10,639 nucleotides of DNA from Promethearchaeota archaeon (GTDB lineage Archaea > Asgardarchaeota > Lokiarchaeia > Sigyniarchaeales > SOKP01), in contig RDOE01000100.1 in NCBI GenBank assembly GCA_011364975.1, positions 1 to 10,639 on the forward strand, given 5' to 3'. A program made the translations under genes and the position numbers. Below are positions 1-6,877 of this stretch, one piece after another. Numbering within the stretch: position 1 is the first letter of the stretch; each line of letters begins with the position of its first letter. The notes under the pieces are model-generated. The model was not told the origin of the DNA. It worked only from the letters and a program-made list of their open reading frames with translations, and made no database searches.

Positions 1-307
1 AAGCGTAATAATTAGACGAAGAAAGATTAATATCGAAAATTTGGAAATTTAATTTGTCCATGGCTAAAACAGTGATCTTAGACCCGTTAAGACTTGAAAA
101 ACTCCATTGAATGCTATAATAAGTATATGCTGGTTGAAAATGAACTGGATAATATTCATTATAATCTAAATAAGCCATTTGTTGAGTTGCTATATTTACT
201 TTAGAGAATTTAATATCATTAGTGGGGAAAAAGACTACAAAAATACCACAAATTACCATTGAAAGCAAAAAACAAGCTATGAAAATTTTTTTCCTTTTGT
301 TAATCAT
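1..307 (-). CDS. Secreted/membrane-anchored hypothetical protein, N-terminal part (runs off the window start; not in ORF track)
   Basis: Hand translation from ATG at 307 is open for 102 codons to the window edge: MINKRKKIFIACFLLSMVICGIFVVFFPTNDIKFSKVNIATQQMAYLDYNEYYPVHFQPAYTYYSIQWSFSSLNGSKITVLAMDKLNFQIFDINLSSSNYYA. It has a basic n-region plus a hydrophobic h-region (signal peptide/anchor), then beta-strand-like sequence with N-glycosylation sequons (NGS, NLS). A TATA-like tract lies at about 341-348. Confidence 0.8.
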   Translation of the reverse strand, partial: MINKRKKIFIACFLLSMVICGIFVVFFPTNDIKFSKVNIATQQMAYLDYNEYYPVHFQPAYTYYSIQWSFSSLNGSKITVLAMDKLNFQIFDINLSSSNYYA

Positions 308-500
308 TTTAATTTAGATTATAAACCGATTATTTGAGACTTTATATATTGGAATTCTATTGTAAAATTATGAGTTTAATAAGGAAAATTTTCCTCTTAA
401 ATCTATCTTTTATAGTGATAGCTAATGTTTACGAATTACTTAAATTAATTTGATTCATAATAATATTAAATTTTAAAAAATGAATTAAAGTGAAGAATAT

Positions 501-908
501 TTGAATGTTAGCTTACACCATGCTCATCTTTTTGCATCTAATATAGATAAAAGTATCAAATTTTATAGAGAAATGTTTGGAGCAGAAATTTTATTTGATT
601 TAACCATGGCAGGAGCCCGAAACGTTATGATATCCTTAGGCTCTGCAAAAATTAACTTTTATGATCAGCCCCCTAAAGATAATTTTCGAGGAGCAATCCA
701 TCATTTAGGAATAGAAACTAGTAATATTGAACACCTTGTGGAACACATGAAAAGTAAAGGATATAGCTTTAGAAATCAAATAAAAAGCTTAGGAATTTGG
801 AAATACGTGATGGTAGAAGCCCCAGATCATGTTTTATTAGAGCTTTTTGAAATCGTTATGACCAAAATTCCTGAGGAGGATTATAAGAAAATCTCAAGTT
901 TGAATTAA
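501..908 (+). CDS. VOC (glyoxalase/bleomycin resistance/methylmalonyl-CoA epimerase-like) family protein
   Basis: 135 aa with the VOC pattern: LHHAHL...DKSIKFYREMFG, IHHLGIETSNIE, EAPDHVLLELFE. Metal-ligand His/His/Glu positions are present. TTG start preceded by AAGTGA. Confidence 0.88.
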   Translation: MNVSLHHAHLFASNIDKSIKFYREMFGAEILFDLTMAGARNVMISLGSAKINFYDQPPKDNFRGAIHHLGIETSNIEHLVEHMKSKGYSFRNQIKSLGIWKYVMVEAPDHVLLELFEIVMTKIPEEDYKKISSLN

Positions 909-1002
909 TAAGTTAGTATTTTTAAATATCTCCCCTAATTCCAGCTTCCTTATCATTAATCGATTACAAGTGGTAATAAAAACTCGCTAAGGGATGTTCT
1001 TC

Positions 1003-1827
1003 TCACTTCTCTAAAAGACCAATACTAAAGCACCTCATTGAAATAGAGCCATGCTGAAACCCTTCATGGATAAATTCAATTGAATCAGACTCTTCCCAAA
1101 GAGCAAGGATATAAATCATTGGAAGATAATGATCCCATGTAGGAATTCCCAAATTAGAAACCGCTCCCATGTTTTGAAAGTGAATTAAATCATGATAATT
1201 TCTATTTATAATATTTTCTTTAACTTTTTCATCAAGTTCTTTGGCCCATTTCATTATTGGTGCATCAACCTCGTAATCAATTTTTCCAAGATTATGGACA
1301 ATATTTCCACTGCCTATGATCAGAACCTCTTCCTCTCTTAGGAAAGCGAGATTCTTTGCCAACTGAAAATGATAGTCAATTGGTTTTAACTCCCAATTAT
1401 TAAATCCATAATCTAAACTTAATTCTATTACAGGGATGTTAGCTTGGGGATATATATGGGTAAGTATTGCCCAAGACGCATGATCATATCCCCAATTCTC
1501 CTCACGAACTACTCCATAAGAAGCTAATCTCTGACTAATTTTTTTTGCTAACTCTGGCTCTCCAGGGCTTGGATAATTGAGTGTGTAGAGCTCCCGTGGA
1601 AAGCCATAAAAATCATATATCATCCTTGGAGTTTTACTGCTTAACACTTTTGTGCCAGAAGTTAACCAATGAGCAGAAATTACTACAATCGCTTTGGGTT
1701 TGGGTAAACGATTTCCTAATTCCCGCAAATTTTGTGTAAAAAGATTATCCGATATTATATTCAAGGGAGATCCATGACCAATAAATAGTGCGGGAAATTT
1801 TTGTTTTATTTTTTTATCACTCCTCAT
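1003..1827 (-). CDS. ygiD: 4,5-DOPA-extradiol dioxygenase-like (YgiD/LigB class III ring-cleavage) protein
   Basis: Family motifs PALFIGHGSP, ISAHW, IYDFYGFP, DHASW, GSGNIVHNL, PTWDHYLP and C-terminal SISMRCF; 274 aa, full length. Confidence 0.92.
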   Translation of the reverse strand: MRSDKKIKQKFPALFIGHGSPLNIISDNLFTQNLRELGNRLPKPKAIVVISAHWLTSGTKVLSSKTPRMIYDFYGFPRELYTLNYPSPGEPELAKKISQRLASYGVVREENWGYDHASWAILTHIYPQANIPVIELSLDYGFNNWELKPIDYHFQLAKNLAFLREEEVLIIGSGNIVHNLGKIDYEVDAPIMKWAKELDEKVKENIINRNYHDLIHFQNMGAVSNLGIPTWDHYLPMIYILALWEESDSIEFIHEGFQHGSISMRCFSIGLLEK

Positions 1828-1881
1828 ATACGATTACATCTTTATACTGAAATCAGTGTGGTATATTATGACGATTAATAC

Positions 1882-1897
1882 TTATAAATATTTTTTC
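1882..1897 (-). promoter_or_regulatory. Putative archaeal BRE/TATA promoter of ygiD-like gene
   Basis: Minus strand reads GAAAAAA-TA-TTTATAA (purine-rich BRE followed by TATA box), about 55 nt upstream of the ATG at 1827. The AT-rich background limits certainty. Confidence 0.4.
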
Positions 1898-2035
1898 TAT
1901 AATCCTTTATAATAAGAAAATATCCTTTAAAGTATTGGAGGTAGCATTTTTGATTTTTTTTATATATAGAGCTTCCAATTTCCTACTTCAAGTTAATCCC
2001 GTCCTAATTTGAGCTAGATTAAATAACAATTAAGT

Positions 2036-2048
2036 AAAAACTTAAATA
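2036..2048 (+). promoter_or_regulatory. Putative BRE/TATA promoter of the Zn-finger microprotein
   Basis: AAAAAC-TTAAATA about 55-65 nt upstream of the start codon. Confidence 0.35.
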
Positions 2049-2102
2049 ATCGAAGTATCTAAATTAATTGGGTTTAGTACCATTTTTAAATACCCATATG
2101 AA

Positions 2103-2294
2103 GTGATGGAAATGAGGCTTAAAGTATGCTTTAAATGTCATGAATTTGTACCTATCCTTGAGAATAATTATCATAATACACAGGAAATCGTGGCGTTTGA
2201 AAAATTTCACTCCGGTCATCCGGTACAAGTTGTTAATGAAGAAGAAGTCGCAAATTTAAAAAGATGGACTGGAAAGCCTTCTGCTGGAGAATAA
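2103..2294 (+). CDS. Small putative zinc-binding protein (CxxC-x23-HxxH)
   Basis: 60-63 aa with CFKC ... HSGH; coding-like composition within an AT-rich spacer. The real start may be ATG 2112 (after AAGTGA) rather than GTG 2103. Confidence 0.75.
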   Translation: MMEMRLKVCFKCHEFVPILENNYHNTQEIVAFEKFHSGHPVQVVNEEEVANLKRWTGKPSAGE

Positions 2295-2687
2295 TTTTCG
2301 TTTTAAAGTTAAATAAAAAAGCTAATTATATTAAACAAATAATTACTATAAATAGGAAGAAATTTTATTATCTTTACCTTTTTCCAATCTTTTCAAGAGA
2401 ATTAATGATTTAAATTTTTATAAAAGCAATTTTATACTATTAAAAATTAAATTTTCTTTTAAGAAAGAAGTCTAGAATAGATCGATAAAAATAAAGATAG
2501 AGATTAGTAAATGGCAGATATTGAAAAATTTAAAAAAACATTTGATAGGGGTTATTATTGTTTCTGTGTCGCTGATCTATTAATTTAATAAGTAAGGTTG
2601 AAAATTTTATATTACTTCAAATTAATATAACACTAATACTTTAATTGATAGTTATACATTAATAAAATTTTAATAAGTAGAGAAATT

Positions 2688-4109
2688 ATGTCAGAGGAAT
2701 TTGTACCACGTAGCTCTAAACTTGCGTTTGGGGGAATTACCTTTATTAGTGGAATATTCTCAAATTTAGTGATAGCAACATCGTTTACGTACTTTTATAA
2801 TGTGAAATTGGGATTAGATGGGTTTTGGACAGGATTAGCATGGCTCATTTTTATCATTTGGAATACGTTAAATGACCCTCTCCTCGGGTTTATTGAGGAT
2901 CGTACTAAGTCGAAAAAGTACGGAAGAAGAATTCCTTACATTCGGTTTGGAGGATTAATCTATGCCGTGTTATTCGTGCTCAGTTGGATACCATTTTTTA
3001 CTAGTGATAATCAATTAGGTTTATTCTTCAATATGCTCATCATGTTATTTTTATTTGATACGTTGTTTACAATGGTCGGGTTAATCTCGTATTCATTACC
3101 CGCAGAAATGGCCATCACGAGTGCAGCACGTTCGAAGTTGAACATATTTGGATCTGTTGGCAATGCGTTAGCTTTATTATTTTCCTTTGTGATCCCAACT
3201 TTATTGTTAACGGGAGATGAGCCAGCTACTAGTGATCCTAATTTTCCAACATTTCTCATTACCATGTTTGTGTTAGGAGTGGTTGGAGCTATTATCATGT
3301 ATGTGAGTAGTTTTTATATCAAGGAAAATAAGTATACCCAACTTGAGGAGCCACTTGGTATTAAAGCCAGTTTTATTGAATCATTTAAGAATCGCCCGTT
3401 TTTGGTATTCGAACTGTCAAACTTCTTCTTTTTAATCGCCGAGTTCATTTTAACGAATGGGGTATTATATTGGGTTGATTTTGTGCTTGGGTTATCCGGT
3501 TTTATGGCCATGATCCCTTTACTAGTGTTTTTCGTAGTAGTTTTCTTATTCTTCCCAGTATATAGTAAATTAATTATAAAATATGGACTGAAAAAAGTTT
3601 TCATCTTTCTATTAGTTTTTACGGGAATTTCCTTTATCATTTCCTTCGCAATAGCGTGGACTCTTTATTTATCTTTTATCGCTATGATATTGATCGGTAT
3701 TGGAATCTCTGGTTACTTTATCACCAATCAATTAGTGATGGCGGATATAATTGATAATGATGAGATATTAACAGGCAAGCGACGGGAGACGAGTTATGCT
3801 GGAATGAACGCGTTATTAACCAAACCCACAAATTCAATAGGACCTTGGATTTTACTTTCAGTCATGACAATATTTGGATTTAATAATACCCCCGGGGCCG
3901 TGCAAACAGAATCTGCAAAATTAGGTATCATGGTTGCTTTTACGATCATACCCGCTATTCTGATTCTACTTAGCGCATTCTTTATTAAGTTTTTCTCTCT
4001 AAGTGGTCCAGAATGGAATGATAAGAAAGAACATCTAAGAAAGGTACATGCTGAAAAAGAGAGGGCATATTTAGAGCATGTGAGAGCCCAAGAGATTGAA
4101 GAAATATAA
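2688..4109 (+). CDS. MFS transporter, glycoside-pentoside-hexuronide (GPH/MelB-like, MFS_2) family
   Basis: 473 aa with about 12 hydrophobic segments. Motifs WNTLNDPLLGFIEDRTKSKKYGRRIPYI, LPAEMA...RSKL, KNRPF, MADIIDNDEILTGKRRETSYAG. Confidence 0.93.
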   Translation: MSEEFVPRSSKLAFGGITFISGIFSNLVIATSFTYFYNVKLGLDGFWTGLAWLIFIIWNTLNDPLLGFIEDRTKSKKYGRRIPYIRFGGLIYAVLFVLSWIPFFTSDNQLGLFFNMLIMLFLFDTLFTMVGLISYSLPAEMAITSAARSKLNIFGSVGNALALLFSFVIPTLLLTGDEPATSDPNFPTFLITMFVLGVVGAIIMYVSSFYIKENKYTQLEEPLGIKASFIESFKNRPFLVFELSNFFFLIAEFILTNGVLYWVDFVLGLSGFMAMIPLLVFFVVVFLFFPVYSKLIIKYGLKKVFIFLLVFTGISFIISFAIAWTLYLSFIAMILIGIGISGYFITNQLVMADIIDNDEILTGKRRETSYAGMNALLTKPTNSIGPWILLSVMTIFGFNNTPGAVQTESAKLGIMVAFTIIPAILILLSAFFIKFFSLSGPEWNDKKEHLRKVHAEKERAYLEHVRAQEIEEI

Positions 4110-4387
4110 ATACTCCACCTCTTTTTAATATTAATACATAATTACCCATTTTTTTCTTATTTTTAGCGTATACATAATCTTATGGAAAGTATTAAATTAG
4201 ATTTGAATTCATAAAGAAACAAGTTCTATAATATGTAAATTATTATAGTTTCTCTCAATGTGCAATCCCTAATGTAAAAATGTTGAGTAAATCATCAACA
4301 CCACAAAAGTTTGAGGCTAAAAATAATCGAATAAATATTAAAATCAAATTTAAAAAAAAATACGGTAATTTTTAGTTATTAGGGTTC

Positions 4388-5866
4388 TTATTTTTTGTTT
4401 AGTGCATCATTAATTCCCGCTATCCGTTTTATCATTTCTTTTCGGGATTCAATATCATATTGGGTGGTAATTGCTATACTTTCCATTACAGGAGATCCAC
4501 CACCATGATAACTTCCAAAGAGATGGACTCCGCCCGTAGCAGAACAGTATGCATCACCAACATATCGCCAAAATTGTGCCGCATTTTCGGGAGAAATGTT
4601 TGGATTTCTAGTAATGTATTTATAAAGATGATCCTTAAGCTCGGGATTAACAAAATCTCTTTCATGAGGGAATGTGGCTGGAATACCTCCTGAAAGATCA
4701 ACTATGATCTCAGCTTCACGAAATACATTTTCCCCCGATAAACATCGTCCTACATTACAATAAATTGAATTTGGAATGTAACTGCCAGGGCCATAAGGAA
4801 TAAAGCCTACACCAGGCATATATACTTCCGGTTTACCTAAATCTGATGCGGTGTATCCTGCAGCATAGCCAAGTTCTGTGACCATTATCAATTCCGCTAA
4901 TTTACTCCTCACATGTGACGCTCCATGAATATTGTTATATTCTGCAGCTAAAGCGGCAGTTCCCACTACTAAATCCCCAATAGCAGGTTTACAACCAGAA
5001 TAACTATGACGATGAAATAGAGCAAATAATAACGCAAGAGTACCAGCATGTTGATATTCACCACAAAGAAAAACTCGTTCCCATGGAACAAATACATCAT
5101 CAAAAATGATATAGGAATCTGTTGCCCCAGGCATAAACCCACGTTTAAAATATTCTCTTTCCCGCAAATTATGAATGGTAATTACTTGCTTTACACCTTC
5201 ATAATCCGCCGGTACCGCAAATGCAACGGCATAATCTTTATCCTCTGGTCTTAATGCTCTTGTAGGGACAACCAGAATCTCATCAGATACTGAGGCTTCT
5301 GAAATGTGAAGCTTGCAGCCTCGAACTATAATTCCATCTTTCCTTTTATCCACAACACGAACATACATATCTGGATCTTCCTGGTCTGCAGGACGCTTTA
5401 TTCGATTACCTTTAACATCCGTTTGAGCACAAGCGGCAACTAAATCTTCCTTCTGAAATCGCTCCAACCATTTTTTAAAATTGTTGTGATAATTGGTTTG
5501 CCCATTATTTGATTTATCTGCTTCATAACTTACATTATATACTGCATTCGTTCCATCACATCCCATACAACGTTGAATACATCCTCCCACTTTCTGGCAG
5601 ATCTTACGGGTCATATCTTGTTTTTTATGAAGGTCATCCGTATTTTGATGAATATGCGTAAACCGATTAATTATTTCGCCTGTAAGATGAGACTTTGCAA
5701 GTATTAAATCCTTGAAGTCTGGGTCCTCCACTACATCAAAGGTTGTTCCCATGGTATTAAGACAGGGTATTTGACGCTCATCTAACCGATCAATTCTTTC
5801 CCCATCAAAGAAAATGTTTTTTTTCATTTTGCTTAAATCTTTCATATATTCTTCTTTTGTTCTCAT
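4388..5866 (-). CDS. abfD: 4-hydroxybutyryl-CoA dehydratase (AbfD)-like / HpaB-superfamily FAD + [4Fe-4S] protein, divergent active site
   Basis: 492 aa with CIQRC (CX3C) and HRHSYSGC (HX6C) cluster ligands, AQTDVKGNR, IFDDVFVPWERVFL and HGGGSP. The Fe-S ligands distinguish it from true HpaB hydroxylases. Confidence 0.85.
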   Translation of the reverse strand: MRTKEEYMKDLSKMKKNIFFDGERIDRLDERQIPCLNTMGTTFDVVEDPDFKDLILAKSHLTGEIINRFTHIHQNTDDLHKKQDMTRKICQKVGGCIQRCMGCDGTNAVYNVSYEADKSNNGQTNYHNNFKKWLERFQKEDLVAACAQTDVKGNRIKRPADQEDPDMYVRVVDKRKDGIIVRGCKLHISEASVSDEILVVPTRALRPEDKDYAVAFAVPADYEGVKQVITIHNLREREYFKRGFMPGATDSYIIFDDVFVPWERVFLCGEYQHAGTLALLFALFHRHSYSGCKPAIGDLVVGTAALAAEYNNIHGASHVRSKLAELIMVTELGYAAGYTASDLGKPEVYMPGVGFIPYGPGSYIPNSIYCNVGRCLSGENVFREAEIIVDLSGGIPATFPHERDFVNPELKDHLYKYITRNPNISPENAAQFWRYVGDAYCSATGGVHLFGSYHGGGSPVMESIAITTQYDIESRKEMIKRIAGINDALNKK

Positions 5867-5909
5867 TTTGTAGTCCTCTATTTAATTTTTATAATAATGG
5901 ATCTAGTTT

Positions 5910-5950
5910 ATGATATTATCCTTTAAAAATACCAGTTAAAGAGATATCAT
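5910..5950. promoter_or_regulatory. Imperfect inverted repeat overlapping the putative TATA box of the abfD-like gene
   Basis: ATGATAT-tatc-CTTTAA (9-nt spacer) TTAAAG-ag-ATATCAT. The minus-strand TTTTAAA at 5922-5928 lies within it. Confidence 0.3.
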
Positions 5951-6088
5951 ATTATAAATTATCAATATCTATTTATGTTTCAGAAATATTTAATGTTTTA
6001 ATTATTTACTGTAACTACTTAACATAATTTTCCATTTGTAATCAATATAATTCTTTCTTAACGTTAGATAGGTTCAAGTTGATTTAAA

Positions 6089-6670
6089 ATGAAGAATCCC
6101 CTAATTAAAAGATTCCCTTCTATTGCTTGTTGTGGTATTGATTGTGGATTATGCCCTACGTATTATACTAGTGGCCCATCGAAATGTCCAGGCTGCGGTG
6201 GACCAGAATTCTCCAGTAAACATCCTTCTTGTTCAATTTTAACCTGCTGTGTTAAAACTAATAGCATTGAAACATGTGCTGACTGTACTCAATATCCTTG
6301 TGAAAAATTAAAATCATGGGATAAAGCGGATTCTTTTGTTACACATAAAGTTTGCCTTCAAAACCTGGATATAATCAAACAACGCGGACTGGAAAGGTTT
6401 ATAGAACAACAAACTAGTCGAGTGAAAATTCTTGAGCACTTACTGAATTCCTATAATGAGGGAAGATCAAAGAGTTTTTTCTGTATCGCGGCTACCCTGC
6501 TTCCTATTGATGATCTACGTGATATTATTATTAATGCGGAACGAAGAATTCAAGAAGAGAGTATAAGTTCAGACGGTATTAAATCGAAATCAAAAATTGT
6601 AAAGAAAATGCTTACTCATTATGCAATAAATAAGAACATTGAATTAAAATTAAGAAAGAATACTCGTTAG
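6089..6670 (+). CDS. DUF3795 domain Cys-rich (metal/Fe-S-binding) protein
   Basis: Pattern CCGIDCGLC...CPGC...CSILTCC...TCADCTQYPC followed by the typical C-terminal extension (YNEGRSKSFFCIAATLL...IELKLRK). Confidence 0.88.
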   Translation: MKNPLIKRFPSIACCGIDCGLCPTYYTSGPSKCPGCGGPEFSSKHPSCSILTCCVKTNSIETCADCTQYPCEKLKSWDKADSFVTHKVCLQNLDIIKQRGLERFIEQQTSRVKILEHLLNSYNEGRSKSFFCIAATLLPIDDLRDIIINAERRIQEESISSDGIKSKSKIVKKMLTHYAINKNIELKLRKNTR

Positions 6671-6674
6671 TATT

Positions 6675-6720
6675 TTTAATATTAAAGATATTAGAGCTCT
6701 AAACTCTTTTTTATTCTTTT
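6675..6720 (+). terminator. Candidate terminator: two tandem 12-bp palindromes followed by T-tracts
   Basis: TTTAATATTAAA (6675-6686) and TTAGAGCTCTAA (6691-6702), then CTTTTTTATTCTTTT directly after the DUF3795 stop, between convergent genes. Confidence 0.35.
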
Positions 6721-6877
6721 AAGTTAACATGTTATACTGCTTATTGTTATACTCCTCTAGTCGGTATCTTGGTCTTGCTAGTTTTTTTCCTATAATATCG
6801 GTATTAAATCCATTAATTCCTACAAGGATCCTTGCAGTTAACCCCACTGGACCTACTCCTATTATCACTAGAAAATA
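6719..6877 (-). pseudogene. Relic N-terminal FAD-binding Rossmann segment of an NAD(P)/FAD oxidoreductase (geranylgeranyl-reductase/thioredoxin-reductase-like)
   Basis: Hand translation directly after the TAA at 6878-6880, same frame: YFLVIIGVGPVGLTARILVGINGFNTDIIGKKLARPRYRLEEYNNKQYNMLT*. It fits the beta-alpha-beta motif [Y]DhhIhGxGPxGLxxAxxxxxxGhxxxhhE[K/R], but the conserved D and E are lost. Confidence 0.65.

Noticed and set aside
2-52. Plus-strand frame SVIIRRRKINIENLEI* resembling a C-terminal membrane-anchor tail
   Set aside because: It lies antisense within the much longer open minus-strand CDS (307 to the edge), which has a convincing signal peptide.
912-925. 14-bp sequence GTTAGTATTTTTAA repeated at 6666-6679, both at 3' ends of plus-strand genes
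   Set aside because: Low-complexity AT-rich match of a length expected by chance in this composition; at most it reflects T-tract terminators.
960-1005. Possible selenocysteine read-through of the ygiD TGA stop
   Set aside because: The protein is already complete, TGA does not align with a Cys position, only 12 further codons follow, and I saw no convincing SECIS.
3011-3640. Minus-strand ORFs 3011-3298 and 3314-3640
   Set aside because: Antisense shadows of the hydrophobic MFS gene; the K/N/T-rich composition is what T-rich sense codons give on the opposite strand.
4111-4124. Minus-strand SD-like AAGAGGTGGAG
   Set aside because: No start codon at suitable spacing, and it points antisense into the MFS gene.
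4280-4375. 31-codon plus-strand ORF (MLSKSSTPQKF...) and short AT-rich stems in the MFS/abfD spacer
   Set aside because: No RBS or motif; consistent with chance in AT-rich intergenic DNA.
4460-5254. ORFs 4460-4693 (+), 4486-4701 (-) and 5048-5254 (+)
   Set aside because: Nested in the abfD-like CDS in antisense or alternative frames, with no recognisable motifs.
501-5866. Idea of an aromatic-degradation operon (VOC + dioxygenase + transporter + HpaB-family hydroxylase)
   Set aside because: The genes alternate strands with separate promoters, the HpaB-family gene carries AbfD Fe-S ligands rather than being a hydroxylase, and the transporter is GPH sugar-type.
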